A stretch of DNA of 64,000 bases. It comes from the human T2T-CHM13v2.0 reference genome, Homo sapiens. Made by a program: the position numbers and the translations under genes. Shown here in pieces: positions 1 through 13,379 of the stretch. A model generated the notes under the pieces. That model worked only from the letters and a program-made list of their open reading frames with translations. It ran no database searches and was not told where the DNA came from. The DNA lies in NCBI GenBank assembly GCA_009914755.4, contig CP086569.2, forward strand, positions 10,048,001 to 10,112,000, read 5' to 3'. Each line of letters begins with the position of its first letter. The first letter of the stretch is position 1.

Positions 1-2133
1 GTGAATTGGGGGCCGGGCTGAGACCTACCAGCATCCAAGTCACCTACCACAGCAAAAAAAGCCACTCTTCTAGAATGAAGAGGAGCACACCACACCAAAA
101 CAAAACAAAACAAAAAAAAAAAAAAAGAAAAAAAAAAACAGGCATCTGCCAGTGTTTCATTGTCCTGTGGCCAACCAAGAAAGAGACACTGTCAGTCCTG
201 TCCTCATGGCCCCTTGAATTTACCAAGAATTCAGTTCACTGCCAAGCAGGTTCTTCTGGTCATGAGACGGCACTCCTCCATCGTCTGGGCATTTATCCTG
301 GGACATACAGGGTGAGCAGGAATAGGGTCAGGTAGGAGTGAGGATACAATCTGGTGAAGGTTGGATGAAGCCCCACAACTTCACCTGCAAAAAAAACATG
401 AAGACAGATGACACAGAAGGTGCTTCCAACTCAACCCCCACATTCCCTTAATTACACAAGTAGTCCACACCATAATGTGGGTTCAAGTTGGAGCACTGCA
501 ATGTGAAAGGAACATTTGGAGTGCAAATCCGGCCCATCCTGTCAAACTTCTGATTTGAAGGCTTTCAAACCCGGAGCCAAATGGGAGTGGAATGAATTGA
601 TGTTGGGTGGGATGTGGCCTCCAAACTTGCCTCTTCTTTTCCTCACTTGCATGTTCCTCATTGGCCTGGGGTTTCCTGGGTTTGGCTGAACAACTGTTAC
701 ACTAAACATTTCTGAGTTCATGGAGAACATCCCTCATGGGAATCCACTGAGTGAGTGTTTTCTTCTAAACACTGTCACGTTTTAATAACTGGGCAGCTTT
801 GATGCTTTTAAAACTAAATTCCCATTACAGCCACCAACAATGAAACTCTTCTTTTCCCTCTGCTCTCAGAGGGCTGCATGATTCTTGTATTATGAGAAGC
901 ATGTAGCTGTGTCTAGATTTTGCCTGGTAATCTAGCCTCTGCTTCATTTCATCTGCTCCTCCTTCTCATTGTGAATGGGTTCTTTCATTGGGCTGTTAAT
1001 GGATGGGTATGCCTCTTGCCACAGATATTTTGGCTGCCAGGGATTTCAGGAAGCAAAATGGTTATAGAGTAGACTGGCTGCACATCGGGTTTTAGGTCAT
1101 TGTCTTGTTGTGGGGTCTGAGGTTGTTTGCATTTTGAAAGAGGCTTTTTATTTCTGTGACAGGAATATTGGTACATTGCTTGGACTCTAGCACAAGTCAG
1201 CTCGTTCTTTCAGATGATGCTTGATGTTTCTTGGCTTTCATGGGGGATTCACATTGCCACTCAACCACACTACTGGATACACTTTTCAGGCTTGCCATCA
1301 CCACAGATGGCCTCTGAGACACTGTTTGAACCACATCTGCACCTGTGAGAGGCCAGTTTGAGGTATGAGAACACTGTTTCAATTTGGACTTGCCTTTGTC
1401 TTGGTTCCTGCTTTTCCCAGATAGCACCTACCCAACCCAGGATGAATGAGTGCAGAGAGGTCAAGTGCCAGGCCATCTTTTGCTGACACCCTTTTCTGGT
1501 ATTTCAGGTATAAGTCCATCATCCAAAGACTGCTCAACATCTCACCAGAATATATTTCAATCCTCATGGGGCATGATTCTTTCACAAAACCCCTTTCAGG
1601 AATGGAGTCAGAAGAGTAGTTTCCAGAGACAACCTCACAGTCTTGAAACGGCTCTGCCTCCCATGTGATCTGACCATGGAGATGGCATATAAGGGCCCTA
1701 AGTTTGAGACTTTTAGGGTACTGCAATGCGTTATCACAGGCAGCCTTTATCCTGATACCAAGCCAGCTCTGCCTGTACCATTTTCCTCTGCTTAGGCAGG
1801 CTGACAGCCCTGACACCCTGGTGCTCCAGTTTGAGTCACTATATGTGGATGTGCTAGTCTTAGGGCAATGGACCTGAGCTGTGAGCTGTAGCTAGTGTCA
1901 CAATGAATGCCAGCTTTGCTAGTAACAATTCCCTTTGGCTTGGTAGAGAAGGAGACCTCTGTGGAGGTACAATGGTGGTGCACTGTCACCTGTCTTCTCT
2001 GTGGGATCCATGGGACAGTTCCATGATCCTAGGAGAGGGTAGATGTGAGCCAGCCTGAAGAAATGTCAAGCAGAGCCCCAGGAATGAAGCACAAAATCAC
2101 TACAGATCCAAAAGGATCTGCAGAATTTGTCAG
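1..2133. repeat. Array unit 0. It is 5'-truncated by the window edge (it starts inside the 'gcagtgaattggg' segment). It contains an expanded (AAAAC)n/poly(A) tract at 97-139.
   Basis: Aligns by eye to the distal about 2.1 kb of later units. The unit phase for all units is set at the motif 'gcctgcctag acattgtagggg'. Confidence 0.6.
97..139. repeat. (AAAAC)n plus poly(A) expansion
   Basis: The sequence 'caccaaaacaaaacaaaacaaaaaaaaaaaaaaagaaaaaaaaaaacagg' occupies the place of the canonical 'caccaaaaacagacatc'. Confidence 0.85.
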
Positions 2134-3814
2134 GCCTGCCTAGACATTGTAGGGGTTAGTCTTATTGAAATGTGTCCCACTGTAATTTCCAACTTCAGCC
2201 TTCCTGTGTTCCCAGCAGTTTCTCTCTCCCAGGTGGGGCTTTCTGCAGAATGACACAGCCTCAGAAGCTACTGGGCTGTGTGTTACTGTGGGAGTGTTGC
2301 GAGTGTTGGATGTCAGCATGTGTGTGTGGCTTTGTGTGTTTGTGTATGTGTCTGTGTGTGTGTATGTAAATGAATTCTGTGGATCAGGAATCAGCAATGA
2401 CTAGTTAAGCTGTCTGTGACCAGCCGGGTTCCCCATCGTCTGCCCCTGCCAAAAAAACAGGTACTCTTCTACAAAGAAGAGGAGAGCACCACACCCAAGA
2501 ACAGACATCTCCCAGTGTTGCATTATAAAGCAGCCAACCCACAGACACTAGCACTCTGGTCTGCATAGCCCCTTTAATTTACCTAGAATTCAGTTCCCAG
2601 CCAAGTAGGTGCTTCATGTCCTGAGGGTGCAATCCTCCATCATCTTGAGATTTCATGCTGGTACAGAGAGTGTGACAGCAATAAGGTCAGATAGGGGTGA
2701 GTATACAACCTGGTGAAGGGTGGATGGGGTCCCGTACCTTCACCAGCAAAAAGGGTGAAAATAGATGACACAGAATGTGCTTCCAACTCCATCCCCACAT
2801 TCCCATAATTGCAAAATCAGTCAACAACATGGCCTGGTGTTTAGGTGGGAGTACTCCAACCTGCAGGAAAAATTTGGAGTGCAAATTGTGGCCAATCTGG
2901 AAAACTCCTGGTTTGAGGGTTTTAATACCTGTAGTCAAATGGAAGTGGAATAGATTGATGCTGGGTGGGTTGTGGCCTCCACATTTGTGTCCTCTTTTAC
3001 TGACTTCCATTGTCCTCATTGGTGTAGGGCTTCCTGGATCTGGCTCAACATCTTCCACACTAAACTCTTCCCTGTTCACAGAAGACCATCATAAAAATGC
3101 ATTGTGTGAGTATTTACTTGTAAACACTGTCACGATTTAATGACTGAGTTTCTGTGATACTTTTAAAATCATAAACTACTATTACAACCAGCAACAGGGA
3201 AACTTTTGTTCTCCCACCGTTATCAGAGGGCTGCAGGGTTCGTGAAGGAGGAGAACCAGGCAGCCATGTCTGGCTTTTGCCTTGTAATCTAGGCTCTGTT
3301 TCCCTTCATCTGCAGACTATCTTCCAGTCCCCATAGCTATCTGATTCTTCCACACAGCCTCTTTTGAAAATTGAGTCAGAGAGCAGTTTCCAAAGACCCC
3401 ATCACAATCTCAAATTGCCTCCTCCTCCAGCAGGACCAAACCACTGATACAGCTGGAAGAGGCCCTGGGGTCAAGACATTAACAGTCCTGCAGAGGGTTT
3501 TCATATGCAGCCTTTTTCCTGACAATAGGCCATCTCTGCCTGTAACCTTTTCCTCTGCTTAGGCAGGCTGACAGCTCTGACAGCCTGGTGCCCAACCTGT
3601 CTCATGAACAAGCAAGCACCACTCTCAGAGCACCAGGCCTGAAAGTGAGCTTTGGCTAGCACCATAATGAACGTCACCATTGCCAGCAACATGTAATAGT
3701 CCCATGAATGTAGGAAAGGGCAGACATGATTCAGCCTGAAGAAACCTCAAGCAGAGCCCCAGAAATAAACTGCAAAATCCCTAATAATCCAAAATGATAT
3801 GCAGGATTCATTAG
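2134..3814. repeat. Array unit 1. It is short (1681 bp), with an internal deletion of about 770 bp whose junction is near 3315.
   Basis: The unit-start motif is at 2134. At about 3315 the sequence jumps from the 'catttcatctgca' segment to the 'ctgattcttgcacacagcctctt' segment. Confidence 0.6.
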
Positions 3815-6290
3815 GCCTGCCTAAATGCTGTAGGGGTGAGAATTTTTGAAAAGTGCCCCTAGGTGATTTTTAGGTACATCCTTCTTCTGTTCTCCGAGGT
3901 TGCTCACTCCAAGGTGGGGCTTCCTACAGAACCACTGAGCATCAGGAGCTGCCAGGCTGTGTGTTTCTGTGGGACTGTTGCAAGTGTTGGATGTCTGCAT
4001 GTGTGTGTGGCATTGTGTGCTTGTTGGTGTGTGTCTGTGTGTGTGTGCTTTTAAGTGCAGTCTGCTTAAAGGAATATGGCTAACACACATCAGTGCTTCT
4101 TTTTTTTTAGTTTTCCAACCTTTTTGTGGCCAGTCTATGTGGCTCTGCTTGGGGTTTGGGGCTCCATGTTCTTCATTTTCCTGTGGATCATGAATCCACA
4201 GTGAATTCAATGGCAGCTGAGATACCCCGGCATCCAAATCACCACCCCTGTGAAAAAAGCCACTCTTCTAGAAAGAAGAGGAGCAAACCACACCAAAAAC
4301 AGACAACTCCTAGTTTTTCATTATCTTGAGGCAAACCCAAGGAGAGACACTGTCAGTCCTGTCCACAGGGCCCCTTGAATTAACCTCGAATTCAGTTGTC
4401 AGCCAAGCAGGTGCTTCATGTCATAAGGGGGAAAGCCTCCATCATCTTGGGATTTCATCCTGAGAAATAGAGTGTAAGCAGAAATAAAGTCAGATAGGGG
4501 TGTGGATACAATCTAGTAAGGGTTGGATGGGGTTCTGCAACCCCACCTGTAAAAAAATATGAATACTGATGACAAACAAGGAGCTTTCAACTCCATTTCC
4601 ACATTACTTTAAGCACCAGCATTCCACACCATGGCCCACTGTTCAGTTGGGAGTACTCCACAGTAAAAGACCATTTGGAGTGCAAATTGAGGCCGTCCTG
4701 GCAAACTCCAGATTTGAGGGCTTTCTTACCTGGAGTCAAATGGAGGTGGAATGGATTGATGCTGGGTGGGATGTGGCCTCCAGACTTGCCTCTTCTTTTC
4801 CTGACTTTCATGTTTCTCATGAGCATATGGTTTCCTGGGTCTGGCTCAACGACTTCCACACTAAACATTTCCCAGTTCATGAAGAACAACCCCCATGAGA
4901 ATTCATTGCATGAATGTTTCCTTCTAAACACTATCAGGTTGTAATGACTGGGGAGCTTTGATACTTTTAAAACCATAAATTCCCATTACTGCCACCAATA
5001 AGGAAACTCTTGTTTCTCCCACTTCTACCAGAGGGTTACAGGATTCCTGTAGGATGAGAAGCAGGCAGCCATTTCTGGCTTTTGTCTGGTAATCTAGCCT
5101 CTGTTTTATTTCTTCTGCACTGCAGTCTCATTGCGGAGGGGCTCTTTCATTGGGCTGTTGCTGGATGGAACGGCCTCTTGCCACAGATTATTTGGTTGCC
5201 AAAGATTTCTGAGAACCAAAGTGACCTCAGGTAGGCTGGCTGAGTCCAGGTTGTGTGTCATTGTCCTGTTGTGGGGACTGAGATTGTTTGCACTTTGTCA
5301 GAGGCTTTTGAGCCCTCTGATATGAGTCATTGAACATTGCTTGGACTCCATCACAAGGTAGCTCATTCTTTCAGGTGAGCATTGATTTTTCTTTGCTTTC
5401 ATGGGGAATCCACATTGCCCCTCAACAGTAGTACTGGACACCATTTTCAGGCTTACCATCACCACAAACAGCCTCTTAGACACTGTCTCAACCTCATCTG
5501 CACCTGTGAGTTGTGAGCCCCAGGTGTCAGCACACTGCTTTACTGTGGACTATCCTTTGTCGTGGTTCCTGCCTTTTGCAGAGAGGCCCTGCAAGGACCA
5601 GGATGAAGGGAGACAGTGAGGTCAAGAGCCCAGCCATCTTTCACTGACACCCACTTCTGGGTTCTCAGGTAAGTTCCTATCACCAAAATAACCCTCAACA
5701 ACATACCAGACTATATTCCAATCCCCAAGCGACCTGATTCTTACACAGCCTCTTTTCAGAATGGAGTCAGAAGGGCAGTTTCCAGAGACTCACTCACAGT
5801 CATGAAACACCTCCTTCTCCAGAGAAACCTGACAACGGAGATGGCCCAAAGCATTCCTGAGGTTGAGACTCTTAATATCCCACAGTGGATTTTTGCCAGC
5901 AGCCTTTTTCATGATACCAACCTGGCTCTGCCTGTACCATTTTTTTCTGCTAAGGCAGGCTGACAGCTCTGACAGACAAGTTCCTACGCTGACATCACGA
6001 ATATGCACATGCTTGTCTCAGGGCACCAGGCCTGATTGTGAGCTTTGGCTAGCATCACATTAAATGTCACCGTGGCCTAGTGACAAGTCCCTGCTACTTA
6101 GCTGAGAAACAGGCCTCTGTGAAGGTGCAGTGGTGTTGTACTCTTGCTTGTTTTCTCTGTGGGATCCATGGGATAGACACATGATCCTAGGAGAGGGCAG
6201 GCATGAGCCAGCCTGAAAAAATTCAAGCATAGCCCAAGGAATAAACTGTGAAATCCCCAAAGATCCAAAAGTATTTGCAGGATTTCTCAG
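3815..6290. repeat. Array unit 2 (2476 bp)
   Basis: The unit-start motif 'gcctgcctaaatgctgtaggggtgag' is at 3815. All landmarks are present in order. Confidence 0.6.
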
Positions 6291-8594
6291 TTCCACCAAG
6301 ATATTGTAGAAATTAGTCTTCCAGAAACTGCCCCACTGTGATTTCTAGATACAGCCCCCAGTTGTTCCCCAGGATTGATGTCTCCCAGGTGGGGTTTCAT
6401 GAAGAACCACACAGCCTCTAGAGCTGCTGGGCTGTGTGTTTCTGTAGGAGTGTTGCAAGTGTTGGATGTCTGCATGTGTGTTTGTGTCTGTGTGTGTTTG
6501 TGTGTGTGTGCCTGTAAGTGGAGTCAGCTTAAAGGAATGGGGCTAACACACTCCAGCATTTCTTTTTTTTTTGAGACTCCTATCTTTTGTTGGCTTGTGT
6601 GGCTCTGCTGGAGCTGCAGGGCTCCATGTTCTCTATTTTTCTGTTGATCATGAATCCATGGTGAACTGGGAGGTGGCCTGAGACCCCCCGGCATCCAAAT
6701 TACCTCCCCTTGAAATAAAAAAAGGCCCTCTCTAGAAAGAAGAGGAGCACACCACACACACACACAAACAAACATATCCCAGTGTTTTCTCATCCTGTGG
6801 CCAAATCAGGGAGAGACACTAGTCATCCTGTCTTCAAGGCCCCTTGAATTTACCTCGAATTCAATCAGATGCTTCACATCATGAAGGGACACACTTCTAT
6901 TGTCTTGGGATTTCATCCTGTGAAATAGAATGTGAGCAGCAATAAGGTCAGATAGAGGTGAGTATATAATCTACTGAGGGGTGGATAGAGTCCCACAATT
7001 TCACCTGCAAAGGAATTGTCCACACCATGTCCTGGTTTCAGGTGGAATTACTTCAACCTTCAAGGGACACTTGGTATACAAATTGGGGCCATTCTGGCAA
7101 ACTTCTCACATGAGAGCTTTCATATCTCAGCCAAATGGGGGTGGAATGCATTAATGCTGTGTGCAATGTGACCCCTAAACTTGCCTCTTCTTTTCCTGAC
7201 TTCCATGTCCATCATTGGCTGAGGGTTTACTGTGACTGGCTCGATGACTTCCACACTAAACATTTCCCAGTTCACAGAGAATCACCCTCATGGGAATCCA
7301 TTGCATGAGTGTTTCCTTCTAAACAGTCATGTTTTAATGACTGGGCATCTTAGATACTTTTAAAACAATAAATTCCCATTACAGCTGCCAGCAAGAAAAC
7401 TCCTGTTCTCCCTCTTCTATTGGAGGGCTGCATGATTCCTGAAGAATGAAAATCAGGCAGCCATGTCTGGCTTTTGCCCAGTAATCCAGCATTTGTTTCA
7501 TCTCATCTGCACCACCTTCTGATTGTGGAAGTGATTTTTTATTGGGCTGCTGCTGGATTGGACTGCTTTTCACCACAAATTATTTAGCTGCCAGGGATTT
7601 CATAAAGCAAAAAGGTCTTTGGGTAGGCTGGCTGCACTATAGGTTTTGGGTCATTTTCTCATTGTGGTGACTGAGGTTGTTAGCACTTTGCAGCAGGGTT
7701 TTGGGTCCTCTGACAGGAAATATTGAAAATTTCTGGGCTCCATCACAAGGCAGCCCATTCTCTCTGGTGAGCATTGATTTTTCTTTGTTTTCATGTTGAA
7801 TCCACAGTGCCCCTCAATAGCACCACTGGACACTCTTCTCAGGCTTGCCATTGCCACAGACAACCTCTGAGACATGGTCTCAATTTTATCTGCACCCATG
7901 AGAGGCCAGTCCAAAGTACTGTTTCACATTGGACTTGGCTTTTTCATGGTTCCTTCCTTTCTCAAAGAATCCCTGCAAGGCCCAGGATGAAGGGAGACAG
8001 TGAGGTCAAAAGCCTGGCCATCTTTCACTGACACCCCATCGTATTCGATTCTGGCACACAGCCTCCTATGGGAATGAAGCTGGAAGAGTGGATTCCAGTG
8101 ACAACCTCACAGTCTTGAAATGCATCCTCCTCCAGTGGGACCCGACCACAGAGGCTGCCTGAAGGGGCCCTGAGGTTGAGACTTTTGGGGACCCACAGTG
8201 GGTTTTCACAGGCAGCATTTTTTCTGATAGTATGCCAGCTCTGCCTCTACCATTTTTCTCTGCTAGTCAGACTGACAGCTGTAAGAGCTGGGTGCCCGAG
8301 CCTGCTTCATGAATGCACATGCACTATTCTCCAGGTCAGACTGTGAGCTCTGGCTAGCATCCCAAAAATATCACCACTGCCTAGCCACAAGTCCCTGCCT
8401 CCTGTCAGAGAAGGAGACCTCCGTAGAGGTTTGTCCATGGTGAACTGTCACCTGTCTTCTCTGCAGAATCCGCGGGATAGTCCCATGATCCTAGGAGATT
8501 TCAGATGAGAGACAGTGTGAGGAAATGAAAGCATAGTCCCAGGAATAAACTGCAAAATCTTTAGGAATCCAAAAGGATCTGCTGTTTACCTCAG
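6291..8594. repeat. Array unit 3 (2304 bp). The start motif is diverged ('ttccaccaagatattgtagaaattagtc'). There are two small deletions of about 75-80 bp.
   Basis: Landmark order is conserved. The (GT)n block is at about 6470-6520. Confidence 0.55.
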
Positions 8595-10929
8595 GCCTGC
8601 CTAGATGTAGGTGTGAGTTTTTTTGAAACTTGCCCCCATGTGATTTCTAGTTACAGCTCGCCTGTGTTCCCCAGGGTTGCTCTATGCCAGGTGTGGCTTC
8701 CTGCAGAACCACACAACCTCAGAGGCTGCCAGACTGTGTGTTTCTGTGGGAGTGTTGTGAGTGTTGAAAGTCTGTGTATGTGTGTGGCATTGTGTGATTG
8801 TGTGTCTCTGTGTTTGTGCTTGTATGTGCAGTCTGCTTAAAGAAATGTGGCTATCACACTTCACTGCTTCTTTTTCTGTGTCTCCAAACCTTCTGTTTGG
8901 CCTTTATGTGTGGCTCTGCTTGGCTTGCGGGGCTCCATGTTTTTAAATTTTCTGTGTATCGTGAATCCGCAGTGAATTGGGAGGCGGGCAAGGATCCACT
9001 GGCATCCAAATCACCTCCTCCTGAAAAAAAAGTCCACTTTTCTAGAAAGAAGAAGGACACACCACACCACAAAAAGTGGAAAAATTGACATCTGCCACAT
9101 TTCATTGCCCTGCTTCCAACCCAGGGAGAGGCAATTAAAGTCCTGTCTGCAGGTGCCCTTGAATTTACCACAAATTCAGTTTCCAGCCATGCAGGTGCTT
9201 CAAATCATGAAGGGTCCCTTCTCCATTGTCTTAGGTTTTCATTCTGGGACATTGAGTGTGAGAAGGAATAAGGTGAGACTGGAGTGAGGATACAATTAGA
9301 TGAGGGGTGGAAGGGGTCCCACAACTTCCCATGCAATAAAAATGAAGACAATTGATGCAGGAGGTGATTCTACGTCTGTACTCACATTTAATTAATTGCA
9401 CAAACAGTCCACACCATGGCCCCAATGTTCAGGTGGGAGTTCTGCAATGTGCAAGGAATATTGGAAGTGCCAGTTGGGACCATCCTGGCAAACTCTGGAT
9501 TTGAGGTCTTTCATACACGGAGGCAAATGGGAGTGCAATGTATTGATGCTGGGTGGCATGTGGCCTTCACACTTGCCTCTTCTTTTCCTTTCTTCCATGC
9601 GCCTCATTGGCCTAGGGTTTCCTGGGTCTGGCTCAACAACTTCCACACTAAACATTTCCCAGTTCATGAAGAATGACCCTCACTGGAATCCATTGTGTGA
9701 GTGTTGGTTTCTAAGCATTGTCACATTTTAATGACTGCACAGCTTTAATATTTTTAAAACTGTAAATTTGTATTACAGTCACCAACAAAGAAACCCTTGT
9801 TCTCCCACTTGCATCAGAAAGCTGCACGATTTCTGAAGGATAAGAAGCAGGCAAACATGTCTAGCTTTTGCCTGGTAATCTAGTCTCTATTTTATTTCAT
9901 CTTCACGGCCTTCTCATTGTGGGAGGGCTGTTTCTTTGGGCTGTTCCTGGATGGGACTCCCTCTCTCTACAGTTTAATTAACTGCCAGGAATTTTAGACA
10001 GCAAAAGGGACTTTGTGTATGCTGGATGGGCTCCATGTTGTGATTGTTGTCTCGTTCTGGGGGCTGAGGTTCTTTGCACTTTGTGGGAGGCTTTTGCGTC
10101 CTCAGACAGGAATCGTTGAACATTGCCTGTACTCCAGCACAAGGCAGCTTGTTCTCTCATGCGAGCCTAGATTTTTCTTTGCTTTCATGGGGGATCCACA
10201 GTGTCCCCCAACTGCACTACTGCACATACTGTTCACCCTTGCCATCACCACAGATGACATCTGAGACACTGTTTCAATGTCATCTGTGCCCTTGAGAGGC
10301 CAGTCTGAGGTGTAAGAACAGGTCAAGTGCCGCCTCTGGGGTTTCAAGTATGATTCTTTTACCCAAAAAACCCTCAACAAAGTCTGATTCTATCACCCAA
10401 AAACCCCTCAACAGCACGCCAGACTATAAACCAATTTCCATGGGACCTGATTCTGACACACATTCTCTTTTGGGAATGGAGTCAGAACAGCAGTTTCCAG
10501 AGACCACCTCACAATCTCAAAATGCCTTCTCCTCCAATGGGACCCGATCACAGAGACGGACGAAGGGGCCCAGAGATGGAGACTTTTTTGGGTCCAGCAA
10601 TGGGTTTTCACAGGCTGCTTTTTTTCTGATACCAGGCAGGTTCTGCCTGTACCATTTTCCTTGGTTAGGCAGGCTAACAGCTCTGACAGCCAGGTAAGTG
10701 AACCTAACTCATGAATGTGTTTGCACTAGTCTTGGGGCACCAGACCTGATTGTGAGCTCTTTTGAGCATCACAATGAATGTTATCATTGCCTAGCAACAA
10801 GGCCCTGAGGCTTGGTGGAAAAAGGAGACCTTCATGGGGGTGCATCTGCAGTGGACTCTGCTTTTATTCTCTGTGAAATCCATGGCATAGTCCCACAATC
10901 CTAGGAGAGGGCAGAAGTGGATTCCTCAG
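8595..10929. repeat. Array unit 4 (2335 bp)
   Basis: The start motif is at 8595. The (GT)n block is at about 8770-8830. Confidence 0.6.
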
Positions 10930-13379
10930 GCCTGCCTAGACATTGTAGGGGTGTGTTTTTGAAACTTGCCCCACTGTGATTTCTAGTTACAGCCCCCCTT
11001 GTGTTGTGCATTGTTGCTCTATGCCATGTGGGGTTTCCTGCAGAACCACACAGCTTCAGGCGAGACCAGGCTGTATGTTTCTGTGGGAGTGTTGCAAATG
11101 TTCAAAATCTGCATGTGTGTTTGTGGCATTGTGTGTTTGTGTGTGTGTGCATGTGTGTGTCTGTAAGTGGAGTCTGCTTAAAGGAATGTAGCTATTGCAC
11201 TATAGCATTTTTTTTGAGTCTCCAAAAATTTTGGTGACTTGTCTCTGCTGTTTTACTTGGTATGTGTGTTCTTTATTTTTCTGTGGATCATGAATGCAGT
11301 TAATTGAGAGGCTGGCTATGACCTGCTAGGGTCCAAGTCCCCTCCACCTGCAAAAGTGTCACTCTTCAGGAAAGAACAGGAGAAAACCACACCTAAGAAT
11401 AGACATCACAATGTTTTTCATTGTTCTGTGGCCATCCCAGGGAGAGACAATAGCAGTGTTGTTCACAAGACCCTTTGAATTTACCTAGAATTTGGTTCCC
11501 AGGAGAGCAGGTTCTACATGTCATGAGGGGCAACTCCTCCATCGTTTTGGGATTTTTTTTCTGGAACAGAGAGTGTGAGCAGCAAAAAGAACAGTTAGGG
11601 GTGAGGATACAATCTGCTGAGGGGTGTATGGGGTCCCACACCTTAGCTTGCAAAAAAGTTTAAAACAGATGACACAGAAGGTGTTTCCAACTGCATTGCC
11701 AAATTCCTTTAGTTGCAAAAGCAGTCCACACAATCCCCATTGTTCAGGTGGGAGTACTCCAACGTTCAGGGAATATTTGGAGTGCAAACTGGGGCCATCC
11801 TCACAATCTCCCAATTTGAGGGCTTTTATATCTGAAGCATAATGGGAGGGCAATCGATAGATACTGGGTGGCATGTGGCCTCCACACTTGCCTCTTGTTT
11901 TCTTGACTTCCGTGTTCCTTTTCAGCATAGGGTTTCCTTGGTCTGGCTCAATTTCTTCCAAACTAAATGTTCCCAGTTCATGGAGGACGACCCTCATGGG
12001 AATTCATTGAGTGAATGTTTCCTTCTAAACACTGTCACGTTTTAATGACTGGAGAGTTGTGATACTTTTAGAACTGTAAATTCCCGTTGCAGCCACCAAC
12101 AAGGAAACTCTTGTTCTCCCACTTCTATCAGAGGGCTACACAGTTTCTCTAGGATGAGAAACAGGCAGGCATTTCTGTCTTTTGCCTGGAAATCTAGACT
12201 CTATTTCATTTCATCTATATGTCCTTTCTTATTGTGGAGGGGATCTTTCATTGGGCTGTTTCTGGATGGGGGTGCCACTCACCACAAATCTTTTGGCTGC
12301 CAGGGATTTCTGAAAGCAAAAGGGAATTTAGGCAGGCTGGCTGAGCTCCAGCTTGTGGGTCATGGTCTCATTGTTGCAGCTGAGGCTGTTTGCAATTTGC
12401 AGGAGGATTTAGGGTCCTGTGACAGAAATCTTTGAATGTTACTTGGACTCCAGCACAAGTCAGGTGGTTCTCTCAGGCAGGCCTTGAATTTTCTTTGCTT
12501 TCATCTTGGGTCCACAGTGCCCCTCAACAGCATTACTGGAAACCCTTTTTAGGCTTGCATTCATCACAGACGGGCTCTGAGACACTGTCTCAACCTCATC
12601 TGAATCCGTTAGGGGTCAGCTCGAGGTCAGAGAACACTGCTCTGCCTTGGACTTGCTTTTTTCGTGGTTCCTTCCTTTCCCAGAGGGCCTCTGCAAGGCC
12701 CAGCATGAAGGGAGGCAGTGAGGTCAAGAGCCCAGCCATCTTTTGATGACACCCACCTCTGGTCTCTCAGGTATGATTCCACCACCCAAAGAGCCCTCAA
12801 CAACTCACCAGAATATATTCTAACCTCCATCTGTCCAGACTCTTGCACACAGCCTTTCAGGAATGGAATCAGAGTAACACTTTCCAAAGACCACCTCGTA
12901 GTCTCGAATCACCTCCTTCTCCAGTGGGACCTGGCCACAGGAATGACTTGTAGAGGCACTACAGTTGAGACATTTATGGTCCCTCATTGAGTTATTGTAG
13001 GCAGCATTTTTTTCAATACCGTGCCGGCTCTTCCTGTATCTTTTTTTTTCTTTTTTTTTTAGGCTGGCTGACAGGTCTGACAGCCCATCACGAAAGCCTG
13101 CATACTCTTAGACACAAGGACTGAGCTATGGGCTCCAGCTAGCATCACAATGAAGGCCACCATTGCCTAGGGATAAGTCCCTGTGACTTTGTGGATAAGA
13201 ACTCCGTGGAGGTGAGTCAGCGGTGGACTCTCGCCTATCTTCCCTGTGGGATTCCCACGATAGTCCCATGGGCCTAAGGAGAGGGAGCAGGTGAGTCAGC
13301 CTGAAGAAAAGTCAAGCACAGCCCCAGGAATAAGCCACAAAATCCGTACAGATCCAAAAGAATCTGCAGGATGCCTCAA
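10930..13379. repeat. Array unit 5 (2450 bp)
   Basis: The start motif 'gcctgcctagacattgtaggggtgtg' is at 10930. Confidence 0.6.
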
